The notes below the pieces were generated by a model. That model ran no database searches. It was not told the origin of the DNA and was given only the letters and a program-made list of their open reading frames with translations. Positions 39,405 through 53,981 of a stretch of 64,000 nt of DNA are shown here, piece after piece (position 1 is the first letter of the stretch; every line of letters starts with the position of its first letter). The stretch is taken from positions 240,870,001-240,934,000 of the forward strand of contig OZ024741.1 in NCBI GenBank assembly GCA_964016885.1. The letters run 5' to 3'. The stretch comes from Eledone cirrhosa. Lineage: Eukaryota. Made by a program: the position numbers and the translations under genes.

Positions 39405-39767
39405 GAAAGTATGTTAACTTAACTGCTTCAACACAAGTTTTCGACTATGAAAACAGTTATATCCCTAACTTGTTCAACTAGCTTTATAGTAAAACAAAAC
39501 CTGCTTTGAAGCAGTTAACTTTAAGCTAACAAACTTTTAAAATTCAAAATTCACTCAATGCTTTCCCTCTAATGTCTAATAGATAAAGCTTAAAATCATG
39601 GAAAACTTTGTCAGCCCACTTTGGTGTAATGGGTAGTGAAGCTGCTCAGCATACCGAGGTATGACTCAATGTCCTCTAGATACTACTGTCCACATTTCTT
39701 CATCTCTACGGGCTTGTACACTCAACTCCAATTATTTACATGGTCATAACCTGTGTTGAAGCAGTTG
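39405..39767. repeat. Inverted-repeat element
   Basis: aactgcttcaacacaagtt (39421) is inverted near 39500-39518 and at 39748-39767. Confidence 0.45.
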
Positions 39768-40020
39768 AAACCTCTATATATATACATATACATGTATACA
39801 CACACATATATATATATATAAATGTGGTTGAAGTTAGGAAGGCATCTAGCCATGGAAACCAAGCCAAAATAGTTCCAGTGTAAACTGGAGAGGGTTATCT
39901 GCGCTGGCTTGGCTCACATCTGGACAACTCATCTAACCCATGCTGTTGTGGGAAAATGGAGGTTAAACGGTGATGATGATGATATATATATCATCATCAT
40001 CACCGTTTAACCTCCATTTT

Positions 40021-41421
40021 AAGAAATATAAATCTAATTTTCAAAAGGATCTCGACTCTACCCTACAGGATCTAAAAATATCTAGCAAAGTCCACGTCCA
40101 CTCAGACAAAACTGGAAATCTGTACCACATGGATATTGATAATTACAATGAGTTCATTTATAAAGAACTCAGGAAAAATTATAAAAAAACAAATAATGCG
40201 GCTCTTACCAATATCAACAACAAAACATTCAACATAGTAAATAAACTCAATATTGAAGACAGAACTGAACCTTTGGCACTGAAAAAACCACATTTTAACC
40301 TGAAAGATCACAAATCTAACTTTAACTGTAATCCTACTATAAGACTTATATGCCCTTCCAAATCTGACATTGGCATCATTAGTAAAACAATTTTAGATAG
40401 AATCATCCCACAATTAAGAAAACACGTTAATTTACCACTCTGGGAAAACACATCCCAAGTAATTAACTGGTTTACTAATATTAGAAATAAATCATCTGCT
40501 TCATTTCCTCAATTTGATAAAGATGCTTATTATTTCTCTATATCACCCATACTCCTGAACAAAGCCTTGATATTCGCCAAAAATAGATCAAACTTAACTA
40601 TGGATGACATTAATATTATCACGCATGCTAGACAAACACTACTGGAATTTCAGAAGAAATACTGGATCAGAAATACATATAGTAATCTCTTCGATATTAC
40701 TATGGGCTCTAGTGATTCTGCCCAAATTACCGATCTTGTGGGCCTCTTTCTTCTATTTAACATAAATTCTTCTTTTCTCCACCTTAAAGGTGGTTTATAT
40801 CGTGATTACTGTCTTCTTCTTTTCACTAATCTTAGCCTATCAGAAATTGAAAAAAAACAAAAACTTATTAGAACTTTCCTCAAAGACTATTACAATCTCA
40901 CTATTACATTTGAAAACACCAGTAAAATAGTTAATTTCCTAGATATAACTTTAGACTTATCTACGGGTATCTACCAACCTTACCATAAACCTAACCCAAA
41001 CTTACATTACATACACTCACAATCCAATCACCCTAAATCTATCCTTAAAAATCTAGCATATAAAATCTCACTCAGGATCTCTAGCCTTTCATCTAACCAG
41101 GATATATTCGATAAAAATGCGTCCTTTTATAACGAAACTTTAGCTAGAAGCGGCCACAAAAACAAATTAGTCTATATACCTTGCATCAATAATACTTCAA
41201 ACATACAACCCAATATTACCAACAAACACCAAATGAAAAACCCACACCTAAATGCCACTCACACTACACCCCAAAATACCAACCTAAAACTTAATTTCTC
41301 TAACTTTTCTCACATAAAATATGACTTTCAAAAAACCATTCATCCTAATACTCCAATATATGTTAACATTACTAACAAAATTCCTAATAATCAGACTAAA
41401 ACACTAAATCAGTTAATCTAA
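40021..41421 (+). pseudogene. PLE reverse transcriptase (inactive)
   Basis: SDKTGN, LKDHK..NPTIRLI, FDKDAYYFSI, DITMGS, GLYRDY (second Asp of YRDD lost), VNFLDITL, YIHSQSNHP. Confidence 0.92.
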
Positions 41422-41509
41422 CTAAACCTATATATAATAAATTCACTAATAGTAACTCTCTTAGTAAACATCCTGATTCATCGTATAAATATAAAAAAAC
41501 AATATCGAA

Positions 41510-42296
41510 ACCGTAATAGACGGGTTACTTGGTATAATGCTCCATTTAATCTACAAATTAAAGATAATATCCCTAAAAAAAATGTTTTACTATCCTAGAG
41601 AAAAACTTCCCGCCAAACCATAAATACCATCACATTTTAAATAGATCAACTGTCAAATTTTCCTACTCTACTACCAAAAATATACAACAAAATATAAGTG
41701 CGTACAACGCATATAAATGTAAAAAAAACACACGAATATACCACCAACACATCAAACCAACCATAATACTTAAAAAACTGCAACAAACCACCATCTCCTT
41801 CACATATAACAAGTCGAGTAAATTCCACACCAAATTTGACTAACTCCCCTGATATAATATTCACGAATGGTTGTAACTGTAGAAACAAAAGAAATTGCCC
41901 ATTAAAGGGAAATTGTCTTATTAATAACATAGTCTATAAATGTAAAATTAGCACTAAGGACTCCACTTATTCATATATAGGAACTACGTCTAACCAATTT
42001 AAAGTAAGATTTAATACCCACAAACATAGTTTTAAAAATGCCGCATTAGCTAATACAACATCCTTGGCTGAAACAATTAATAATTATAGAAAGAAGAATA
42101 TCGATGACAACCTGACCTGGAGTGTGCTCAAAAGGGCCACCCCTTATCAAAATAACAGATATGAGTGTAGATTATGCTCCCAGGAACTTTTTGAAATAAT
42201 GAAATCTAAGGATATCCTATTAAATAAGTGACAAGAATTAATTATATCTTGCAATCATAGAATTATAAGAACCTGCAAATATTATAAACCTAATTA
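41510..42296 (+). pseudogene. PLE linker plus GIY-YIG endonuclease (frameshifted)
   Basis: RRVTWYNAPFN, FPPNHKYHHILNRSTVKFSYS, CNCRNKRNCPLKGNCLINNIVY...YIGTTSNQFKVRFNTH...CRLCSQE...LLNK*QELIISCNH. Confidence 0.88.
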
Positions 42297-42999
42297 ATAT
42301 ACACCTTACACTTATATTTTACATATTATTATAATTAGTTTTTTTAAATTTAGTTAACCTATAATTAGTACTTTACTACAGAGAACTTCATAATTTTATT
42401 TCCCTTTTACAGCTCTCTTTTCCTAAAATTAATACCTAAAAGTATACATATAAATTAATTTAATTTCCTGTTATGAATCTAGATTCCTTGTAGTTTATAT
42501 AAGATTGGTATTTCTCACTACTACCCTTATCCCAAAATTTTATTTTCCTTCGTTTTTAACAACATTCTTTAATAATATCTAATTCTTATTTATCACATCC
42601 ATATGAATTAATATAAATTTATCCCTATAAATATACCTATCAATTAATTTAATTTCTTGTTATAGATCTAGATTCCTTGTGGTTTAAATAAGATTGGTAT
42701 TTCTCACTAATACCCTTACCCTAAAATTTTACTTTCCTTCGTTTTTAACATTATTCTTTAATAACATCAAATTTTCGTGTATCCTTCACCGGCTTGACCT
42801 CTTTTCATTCACAAAGTATTCTTTTCATTCAAAGTATTCTTTCCATTCAAAACATAAGTATGCACTCCTCTACCCCTAAATTAAATTTCTACTACTCATC
42901 TATCAACCTCTTACTACTTTTCTATTGGTCAATTCAAAACCTGTTCCCAAACAGACCTATTATATTAAATCTTTGTTGGTTTTTTTCAATAAACAAATC

Positions 43000-43135
43000 T
43001 CATCATTTCTGAAGACAGCACATATATGTGAAGGTATGTATATTTCCTCTGATAGTTTGTAATATTTTTACATAGATCTATATGATATACATACCAACAC
43101 ACATATATATCCTAGAAAAGATCGTAAAATGATGA
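43000..43135 (+). ncRNA. Type I hammerhead ribozyme with ~100-nt stem II
   Basis: TCATCATTT CTGAAGA [99 nt with ATATATGTG/CACATATAT and GGTATGTATAT/ATATACATACC helices] GAAA AGATCG TA AAATGATGA. Confidence 0.8.
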
Positions 43136-43186
43136 ATTTTTTAATATAAGGAACTTTTTCTTTGTTTTTATTCATTGCTTTTATTA

Positions 43187-43222
<36 letters not shown>

Positions 43223-43223
<1 letters not shown>

Positions 43224-43925
43224 TTATTCCTGGTTGAATCGGAGGTAACCACAGTAAGTAAGGTACTCAATACATAGCAGAGTATAAAAAGTTTTAATAT
43301 AGAACAGCTTCTACATTACTAGAACTGTTTAATTCATGAGAAATCATCAGTAAGGTGGCTGTCCAAGTAAGTGGTGGTATTTATATCTTTTCTTTTCTGG
43401 TGGTAGGAGAGGGTGGGGATTGGATGGGCAGAGGTCATTGGTTGAAGGATTTAAAGAAAAGGGAGTTCATTAAAAGCTAATTCTTTATAGCTATAATATT
43501 AACAAAGACAAAAAGAATACTGTAAACAAATTCAAATTTGGAATACCAATCCTTGTTTATCACTTAGACTAACAATGCCTGTAAGACAGGTGTCTACAGG
43601 ATGGATGGGGTTCAATGATTTAAAGAAAAGGGAAATTCTTTAGAAGCTAATCTTTAAGGATGAAATAAGGGTCCAACACTTCATGGAACCCATTCTGCCT
43701 TTGTCACCCTTATTTCAGCCTTAAAGAATTAGCTTCTAAAGAATTAGCCTTTAATGAACTCCCTTTTCTTTAAATCCTTCAACCAATGACCTCCGCCCAT
43801 CCCAATCCCCACCCTCTCCTACCACCAGAAAAGAAAAGATATAAATACCACCACTTACTTGGACAGCCACCTTACTGATGATTTCTCACGAATTAAACAG
43901 TTCTAGTACAGTAGAAGCTCTTCTA
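43223..43925. mobile_element. PLE-type fold-back relic with nested inner hairpin
   Basis: 43298-43490 is inverted at 43741-43925, with an inner IR at 43637-43745 and HHR-like CTGATGA...TAAA CAGTTCTAG TA in both arms. Confidence 0.75.
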
Positions 43926-45184
43926 TATATATATATATATGTACACACACACACACACACACACACGCATATATCTATATGTACACACACACACACGTGT
44001 GTGTGTGTGTGTGTATACATTTAGCGACATCATTTAATGTCTGCTTTTCGATGCTGACATATATATTAAGAACCGGCTTTGACCCGATTTTCTTCTATCA
44101 AATATCAAATATAAATCACATCACAAGGTAATGGTGGTAAACTCGATGCTATGACAGAAAACACTTCCCCATGGTGCCTCATTCTTGCAAGATTGAACAT
44201 GAAGTTACTTGGTTACAAAACCAACATACTTGACTCACATGCAGCCATTTCAACCATTTTAGTTCAAGCCAAATCTAGAAAGGTGTGGCATTGACACCAG
44301 TGGGCTTTTTTTTTTTTTATATCAGCCAACATTGCAAAAATATAGGTCAGTTTGGTTTTGTATCTGACAAATATGAAAATGGACAATATGATGGTGTTGG
44401 TGATGGCAGCAGCAGTGCTGAGAGAAGTTATGAATTCAAGAAATGTGTGTGTATGATTTATGGCAGAAAGGAACCAGTGATGGAGGTGGTGGTGACGTTT
44501 AGCATTGAAACGAAGCAGCAAGCAATAACAGTTCAATAGAAGAAACATCAAACGCTAGAAGCAGGCTCGTTGCCAAATATCGGCACCAAATCACAGACTG
44601 TATTGCAGATTTAATATTGAGGGATATTAGTGAAAAATAAGATACATGAGAGTGTTGAAAGAGAATTATTGAAATCAATAAAAGCTCTTTTAGCAAGAGA
44701 TTTTACAATTACAGCAGAGCACACCAAGTACAAATTCTCATGGCACATACACAGCAAACTATAAAAGTCTGTGTTCTTGTAGTCTCAAGTGACAACATTC
44801 AAATACATCTTTCTCTGTTGTCCCTTGCTCTGTTGCCAGCATCATACACCTGCACCACACCACACCACACAATACTGTTCTGTGTTACACTACACCACAC
44901 TACTCTATGCTTCACTATAGCTATAGCACATCACACCATGCTACACTACACTACATTATACCACACTATAGCAGATCGCACTACACCACACGGCCACCTA
45001 TCATGCTGCTTGCTACGTCCATCATCAAAACACATGACTTATATATATATATAGTGGTGGAACACTGGAAGGTAATATCCGTAGTGGTAGAGCACTATAT
45101 ATATATATATAAAATTTAATTGATCAAAAGCACATCTATTTTATTAATATTTGCATTTTAATATATATATATATATATATATAT

Positions 45185-45515
45185 GTTGTGTAAATGAAGT
45201 AATTCCATCGGAAAAGTCCAGGAAAAAAGAGTGCTCTATGTAGGTAACAGAGCTTAATAGTTATGTAATAAACAACATAACGCAATTATTTCATTTACCA
45301 ATGGTTTCTTAAAAGCAAAAAAATGTTGCTTTCAATCATCAGAATGAAAAAATCCTGGTGTATTTATTGGCGTTGGATTTTAAAATCCTAGGTTTTTAAA
45401 ATCCAACGCCAATAAATACACCAGGATTTTTTCATTTTGATGATTGAAAGCAAAATTTTTTTGCGTTTAAGAAACCACTGGTAAATGAAATAATTGCCCT
45501 ATGTTGTTTATTACA

Positions 45516-45522
<7 letters not shown>
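45185..45522. mobile_element. Near-perfect fold-back (~130-bp arms) with one-sided extension in (TA)n
   Basis: 45258-45386 is inverted at 45394-45522 and contains CTGATGA-TT-GAAAGC (stem II absent). Confidence 0.78.
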
Positions 45523-45580
<58 letters not shown>

Positions 45581-45826
45581 GAAGGTAAAAAGCCGTGGTC
45601 AGGTTTTTACCTTTCTTTATATCCACTCAGTTCTTTCTGATGTATAGTGTACTACATTGATTTGTTTCTCCTGGTTTCTGCACCACTAACTTTGTATATA
45701 TACATATATATATACATATATATATGCGGGATGCTCCCCAAAAAATGTATACCTATTTCTTAGAATGCTGTTGAAAAGTGTGTCTATTTTTGGGGACACA
45801 CACATTGTGTGTATATATATATACAC

Positions 45827-45866
<40 letters not shown>

Positions 45867-45911
45867 TAAAATACAAATATTAATAAAATAGATGTTCTTT
45901 TGATCAATTAA

Positions 45912-45964
45912 ATTTTATTATACATATTTCAGAGGTACAACAGTACGTCCTCATCAGACAAAAT
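45912..45964 (-). ncRNA. Type I hammerhead ribozyme
   Basis: ATTTTGT CTGATGA GGAC GTAC tgtt GTAC CTCT GAAA TATGTA TA ATAAAAT. Confidence 0.75.
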
Positions 45965-46035
45965 ATAATGATACATGACATACCCTGAGATGTAAAACTC
46001 ATTCTTTGATGTACTCATTGAATCTTGTTTAACTC

Positions 46036-46066
<31 letters not shown>

Positions 46067-46075
46067 ATGTGTGTG

Positions 46076-46107
<32 letters not shown>

Positions 46108-46110
<3 letters not shown>

Positions 46111-46770
46111 TCATCATCATCATCATCATCAGGTTTAGCGTCCGTGTTCCACGCTTGCATGGGTTTGGACGGGGGTTTTCCCACTTGAGGCAAGAGTGGT
46201 TGTCTTGCTCGCATAGGACTGTCTGGCGGGTTTTCTACAGTTGGATGCCCTTCCTAACACCAACCACATTTACAGTGTGGGGCTGGGAGGTTTTTACCGT
46301 GTTGCCTACACGGCCACATTACAGCGTGGACTGTCTGGCGGGTTTTCTACAGCTGGATGCCCTTCCTAACACCAACCACATTTACAGTGTGGGGCTGGGA
46401 GGTTTTTACCGTGTTGCCTACACGGCCACATTTACAGCGTGGACTGTGTGTTTTTTGTCGTGACACCTACACGATCTCATTTGTTTCGGCCTGGATGTTG
46501 TGGGACCAACATAACTTTACATTGAAAGGGGCGGTGTGGGTGGGGTGGAGGTGGTGGGACGGGGGTGTGTTTTGATAGAGGTGCCTACTGACTGTAGTAG
46601 GTTTTTACTTTGTATTTAGGTAAGGCGGGTCTTCTCTATTACTGAGTACCGCCAAAGGTCTCGGTCCAGTGACATTGTCTTGGAGAGGTGTAAGCGTGTG
46701 AGGTCGGAATTTATCAGCTCGTCCCATGTTTTTCTGGGTCTGCCTACTCCGTGGCTACCGTCTATCTTTG
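46108..46770 (-). mobile_element. RTE 3' end with SINE-like 3' UTR and ~112-bp internal duplication
   Basis: Reverse-complement match to 28490-29027. 46216-46327 is repeated at 46328-46445. Confidence 0.88.
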
Positions 46771-46789
46771 TGTGTATATATATATACAC

Positions 46790-46836
<47 letters not shown>

Positions 46837-46912
46837 TACAAATATTAATAAAATAGATGTTCTTTTGATCAATTAAATTTTATTATACATATATATATAT
46901 ATAATGTGTGTG

Positions 46913-46959
<47 letters not shown>

Positions 46960-47159
46960 ACGGATTGTATGTCTATAAAAATCTGGAGGGTAAATGGACA
47001 TATGAAAGGAAAGACACACACACACATATGAACACACATGAACACACACGTGCACACACACACATATATATATATATATATACACACACAACAGACTGAC
47101 TGATTCTCTTTATTACCTGCCATGTTATACCAGGTGTTTCACCAAAGATTAATATCGTC

Positions 47160-49200
47160 TTGTTGGTGATGATGATGATGGTGGTGGTGATGCTGATGGT
47201 GATAATGATGGCGGTGATCATGATGATGACGGTGATCATGATAATGATGATGGTTGTGGTAATGATGATGATGATGATGGCGAGAGTATTAGTAAAGATG
47301 GTGATAATGATGTTTGTAGTGCCACATTGGAAAGTGATAGTAATGGCTTTAAGGATAGGAAGTTTAGAGAAGGTGATGGCAATGACAGTTCCTTGCTGAT
47401 CTTCCTCACAATGGTGGTGGCGGTGGTGGTGGCGGTGGTGGTGGCGGTGGTGGTGGTGGTGGTGGTGGTGGCAGCGATGGGAATAATGGTGATGATAATG
47501 ATGGTGGTGGTGGTGGTGGTGGTGGCAGTGGTGGCAGCGATGGGAATAATGGTGATGATAATGATGGTGGTGGTGGTAGTTGTGGTGGCGATGGGAATAA
47601 TGGTGATGATGATGGTGGTAGTGGTGGTGGTGATGATGATGATGGTGGTAGTGGTGGTGGTGGTGATGGGAATAATGGTGATGATGATGGTGGTAGTGGT
47701 GGTGGTGATGATAATGATGGTGGTGGTGGTAGTTGTGGTGGCGATGGGAATAATGGTGATGATGATGGTGGTAGTGGTGGTGGCGGTGATGATGATGGTG
47801 GTAGTGGTGGTGGTGGTGATGATGATGGTGGTAGTGGTGGTGGTGGTGATGGGAAAAAATGGTGATGATGATGGTGGTAGTGGTGGTGGTGATGATGATG
47901 ATGGTGGTAGTGGTGGTAGTGGTGATGGGAATAATGGTGATGATGATGGTGGTAGTGGTGGTGGTGATGATGATGATGGTGGTGGTGGTGATGATGATGG
48001 TGGTGGTAGTGGTGGTGGTGGTGGTGGCGATGGGAATAATGGTGATGATGATGGTGGTAGCGGTGGTAGTGGTGATGGGAATAATGGTGATGATGATGGT
48101 GGTAGTGGTGGTAGTGATGATGATGATGGTGGTGGTGGTGATGATGATGATGGTGGTAGTGGTGGTGGTGATGATGATGATGGTGGTAGTAGTGGTGGTG
48201 ATGATGATGATGGTGGTAGTGGTGGTGGTGGTGATGATGGTGGTGGTAGTGGTGGTGGTGATGATGATGATGGTGGTAGTAGTGGTGGTGATGATGATGA
48301 TGGTGGTAGTAGTGGTGGTGATGATGATGGTGGTGGTGGTAGTGGTGGTGGTGATGATGATGATGGTGGTAGTAGTGGTGGTGATGATGATGGTGGTGGT
48401 GGTAGTGGTGGTGGTGATGATGATGATGGTGGTGGTAGTGGTGGTGGCGGCGGCGATGGGAATAATGGTGGTAGTGGTGGTGGTGGTGGTGGTGGTGGTG
48501 GTGGCAGCGATGGGAATAATGGTGATGATAATGATGGTGGTGGTGATGATGATGATGGTGGTGGTGGTGATGATGATGATGGTGGTAGTGGTGGTGGTGA
48601 TGATGATGATGGTGGTGGTAGTGGTGGTGGTGGTGGTGGTGGTAGTGGTGGTGGTGATGATGATGATGGTGGTGGTGGTGGTGGTGGCAGCGATGGGAAT
48701 AATGGTGATGATGGTGGTGGTAGTGGTGGTGGTGGTGGTGGTGGTGGTGGCAGCGATGGGAATAATGGTGATGATAATGATGGTGGTGGTGGTGGTGGTG
48801 GTGGCGATGGGAATAATGGTGATGATGGTGGTGGTAGTGGTGGTGGTGGTGGTGGTGGTGGTGGCAGCGATGGGAATAATGGTGATGATAATGATGGTGG
48901 TGGTGGTGGTGGTGGTGGTGGCGATGGGAATAATGGTGATGATGGTGGTGGTAGTGGTGGTGGCGGCGATAGGAATAATGGTGATGATGAAGAGGAGGAT
49001 GATGATAGTGGTGGTGGTGGTGGTATGGATCATGTGAGGGTCAATGATGATGATGATGATGATGATAGTAATAGTGATGAAAATCTCCTTCTGATGTTCC
49101 TGCTGACAATGAAGATGATGATGATGATGATAATGAGGGGGATGAGGATGATAATGATAGTAATGATGGTGAAGGAGATGATGATGTTGGCAACAGCTGG
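47160..49200. repeat. (GGT/GAT)n low-complexity tract with recurring GCGATGGGAATAATGGTGAT unit
   Basis: Direct inspection. Confidence 0.95.
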
Positions 49201-49626
49201 TAGGGAGGAGGTGTGGAAGCAATGAAGAGAAGGGGTAAAAATATTAAACTTATTTTAAAATGAGTATTTCAGAAATAGAGAGGAACTGGGGTAGGTGTTA
49301 ATATGTTATGTGGTGGGGTGTATATTACTTTGGCTGGCTGTGTTTTATTGTAGGGCTGAAATAGAGTTCAAATTGGTGAGAAGCACGCGTCTATTGCAAG
49401 GAACAACACACGCACACATACACAAACACACTCTCTCTCGCACACATACACCAGAAATACATACTCTGATACACTCTAGCACATACAAATACAAATGCAT
49501 ACACATACACACTTATATCTATCTATCTATCTATATATATATACATGTGTGTATATATATATATATAAATACATATATATATATATATATATATCAATAT
49601 ATATATATACATATATCAATATATGT

Positions 49627-49679
<53 letters not shown>

Positions 49680-49692
49680 TATATACATATAT

Positions 49693-49754
<62 letters not shown>

Positions 49755-49787
49755 ATATATGTATATATATATATATATATATATCAA

Positions 49788-49820
<33 letters not shown>

Positions 49821-49849
49821 CAATATATGTATATATATATATATATCAA

Positions 49850-49903
<54 letters not shown>

Positions 49904-50147
49904 GGCATGCATATACACACATACACACTAACACAAACACACAATGTAAACACAGTGTAGCTTAAAGCACACATTCTCACCTCTAACATAAAAGATTTCG
50001 GAATATTAATTTACTTTTTATCTTGTTTCCGCATTGTATAGAATTCACGCGCAACACACACGCACATGCACACACACACAAACATAGACACGGGCTCGAA
50101 TATGAATATATACGTGAATACATCTTTAGTTATTTCTATTCATATGC

Positions 50148-50209
<62 letters not shown>

Positions 50210-50273
50210 ATGATGATGATATATATACATATATATATATATTTATATATATATACATGCATATATATATATA

Positions 50274-50329
<56 letters not shown>

Positions 50330-50448
50330 CATGCATATATATATAAATATATGTATATATATTTATATATATACATGCATATATATATAAATATATATAT
50401 ATATTTATATATATACATGCATATACATATATATATATATATACATGC

Positions 50449-50505
<57 letters not shown>

Positions 50506-50518
50506 TACATATATATAT

Positions 50519-50565
<47 letters not shown>

Positions 50566-50869
50566 TATACACACACATATATATATATGTAATATGCTTA
50601 CACACATACACCTCTATACACTCATATGCACACATGTTCATATTGGAGGTGTTTGATGGGCACACACACACAAGCAGACTCACACAACACAAAAGACAAG
50701 AAAATGAATAAATAGTTTACACCTATTCTTATGAAAGGATCCCCTTGTAAATAGAAGAAAGAAGATGGCCTGGAGGAGAAGTGGACATATGAAAGGAAAG
50801 GAACACCACACAATATCTCTATATGTTTATGTGTGTGTCTTATTGTATATATATGTCTATATATATATA

Positions 50870-50926
<57 letters not shown>

Positions 50927-50993
50927 ATGTATGTGTATATATAAATATATATATATTTGCATATCTATATCTAACTCTATCTCTCTCTCTCAG

Positions 50994-51062
<69 letters not shown>

Positions 51063-51105
51063 CCCTCTCTCTCTGTATATATATATACATATATCTAACT
51101 CTCTC

Positions 51106-51141
<36 letters not shown>

Positions 51142-51822
51142 CATATACATATATATATATACATATATATATATATACATATACATATGTATATATACAT
51201 ATACATATATAAACATACATATATATATACTTATGTAATTATTTGTATTTGTGTGTGTATATATATATGTATGTGTGCGTGTATGTGTGTGCATATCGTC
51301 TATGCATGTATGTGTGTGTATGCATGTATGTGTATAAATATAAATATATGTATATTGGAAATGGAAGAAAAGAGACAAAAGCGACAAAGAGATAAAGGAA
51401 GAAAAGAAGGACACATGTGAAATGAAAGGGAAAAATGATAAGAAGTGTGAGGTTAAAGAAATGATGCATGAAAAGATACAGAATGGTTGGTAGAAAAGAA
51501 ATAAAAGAAGGTGGCGTTTGTGGTAGCGATGCTGGTGTGGTTGGTGTGTGTGTAGGAGGGTGAAAGTATGTCTAAGTGTGTATGAAGGAGTGTATGTAAG
51601 TGTGTGACAAGTATTTCCTATGATTAATGAACAAATATTCATATGTCATATTTTCCTTACAGTTAGGTAAGTGTGTATTGTCACTATAGAGGTAATTGAA
51701 TGTGACTGTATGTATATAGAAGTAATTGAATATTGCTATATAACTATATATGTGTGTATGTGTATATCTATATGTGTGTGTTAGTGTGTGTGTGTGTGTA
51801 TATATATATATATGTGTATATA

Positions 51823-51859
<37 letters not shown>

Positions 51860-51974
51860 CCATGTATATATATGTATAAATACGCATACACACACATACA
51901 GACGCATATATATATATAATAGAAATAATAGAAAGGGCTAGTTGTTTTGTTAGATCTTCATTACATTTATTGAG

Positions 51975-52060
51975 GTGTGACGCGCGTTTCGTGATTGATC
52001 AGCTCAAGGCTCGATCTATATCAACCTGGCCTGACTCTGGAATCGAATGCTGGTTGGACT
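51975..52060 (-). ncRNA. Decayed hammerhead ribozyme, large domain II family
   Basis: GAAA CGCGCG TC ACAC followed by AATAAA is intact, with a 60-nt domain II. The CUGANGA position reads CCAACCA. Confidence 0.5.
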
Positions 52061-52319
52061 TCTATGGGAATGACAGAATGATTCTCTTACAGCTTTGAAA
52101 TATATATATGTATATATATATATATATATATCATCATTACCATGTAATGTTCATTTTGATCACTAGTTTGGGGAGTTGTCCTGTTGTGAAACAAGTCAGA
52201 TCAGTTGTCCCTGTCTTGCTCATACAGAACTGTTCATACATAATATGCTTTTTCTCTATTAAAGTATTGAGTATCTTATCTAAATGTTGTTTTTCTGATC
52301 CCCTTTGGAAAACTATCCT

Positions 52320-52351
<32 letters not shown>

Positions 52352-52859
52352 CGTGTGTGTGTCTGTGTGCGTGTGTGTGTGGAGGGCAAGGTTTTATGAT
52401 AAAGATAGTCGTACGGTGATGTCTAGTCAGAGATCAAGTGTAATCTGAAAGGGCCAGGGAGTGTGAGGTAGAGAACCCAGTGTCTTCTAGAACTATTCAG
52501 GAGAAAGATCAGGATAAACCTTACAAGATGAGAAACAGGCAAAACATGATGTAAAGGTTCCTCCTGCATAATGTCTGACCTATAATCACCTATGCAGCCA
52601 CATGCTCAATGGCCTTTCAGCAACTCTACCCACCTCTGCACTACACATAGCATATAAACGCCCCACCACTGCAACACTCACACACATCTTCACCATCAGG
52701 GGAAGCCAGACTCACCCCACAATAAGTCAGACACAATTCACTTGCTTCAAGCCCACCTCCTTGACCTGACCTTTCCCTTACACAGTGCACTGTCTGTACC
52801 CCAGTCCCAACTCCCACCAATACCTCTCCAGACAGACCAAGGACACTGAACATGCTAGT

Positions 52860-53165
52860 GTTGCAATTAGGTGATGCTGGTGCCATGACAAAAGCATTCA
52901 ATCCACCTTGTAAGGTAGTAATGCTGGTGTTGTGTCAAAAAACACCCAGTCGATCTTGTAAGATGGTAGTGCTGGAGTCACAATGAAACACTCCCAGTGC
53001 AGACTGTAAAGTGGTTGGCATAACGAAGGGTATCCATCTACAGACAGGAAGCCAAAACGAAGCATATGAGCAGGACATAGTCACCTTACTAATTTGGCCT
53101 CAATATGTTATAACAGTCTAATCTATGCAAGCATGGAAAATAGATATTAAACAGTGATAATGATT
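52860..53165 (+). mobile_element. Diverged SINE 3' half with ~40-bp units
   Basis: About four units, then the GGTTGGCATAACGAAGGGTATCCA box and the tail. Confidence 0.65.
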
Positions 53166-53711
53166 TAAATCTTAGCCATTTGTATTGTGTACTCTCTTAT
53201 CAGTCATAATCAAGCAATATGACTGGCACAAAACAATTGCAGTTTGTCAAGTTACACATTTAAATATGCTAAATTTCATACTGAAAATCCTTCAGGTCGT
53301 CTTAATATTGTAGTCTATACAGTTATCCAGTATACAACAGATACATATTTCATTTCCCATAGGTGCTTCTGTCTCTGTTTTTCTATCATAGTTCACATAC
53401 TCTGGGCCAGATTAATCCCTTTTGAGGCCCTAAGTACTTAAAAGATTATGGTGCTCCCCATATATAGAGTCTGCAAAAGAATATTTATTTATTTACTTAT
53501 TTATTATTTATTTTTTATTATTGAATGACAAATATTTTTGAATAAAATGGTGTTCCTCTTCCCTTGATGCATTAAACATCTGCATATTTTGCTTAATGTT
53601 TAATTCAACCCTGAACAGGAATAAATGTATTATTTAATTTCAGGTATATATATATATATATCATCATCATCATCATCGTCATTTATTGTCCATTTTCCAC
53701 ACTAGCATGGG

Positions 53712-53764
<53 letters not shown>

Positions 53765-53929
53765 CGTGCGTGCGTGTATTACTTTCACAGAATTAATACC
53801 AATTTGGTTCTTAAGGATGGACTCTGATCATAAACGTTGTTCGTAAAACTTTTATAAGAATACAGTAAATTACACGCTCTCTTCAATTTGTATTTGTAAG
53901 CTTTGTTCTCATATATGTGTGTCTGTATG

Positions 53930-53966
<37 letters not shown>

Positions 53967-53981
53967 GTGTATATACACTCA

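Larger units (their letters stand above)
40021..43190 (+). mobile_element. 5'-truncated Penelope-like retroelement (RT, GIY-YIG, 3' UTR, HHR)
   Basis: See the RT, endonuclease and HHR features. The 3' UTR has a tandem duplication at about 42420-42770, and the element ends in (TA)n. Confidence 0.92.

Noticed and set aside
42229-42231. In-frame TGA in the second PLE endonuclease as selenocysteine
   Set aside because: It falls in LLNK*xEL where Arg is expected, so CGA to TGA decay is the simpler explanation.
45726-45808. Second Tc1/mariner-type MITE
   Set aside because: The inverted repeats are too degenerate to call.
46973-49225. 749-aa, 632-aa and 392-aa ORFs (His/Thr/Ile- or Gly/Asp/Val-rich)
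   Set aside because: Several frames on both strands are open because (GGT/GAT)n lacks stops. No domain or splice support.
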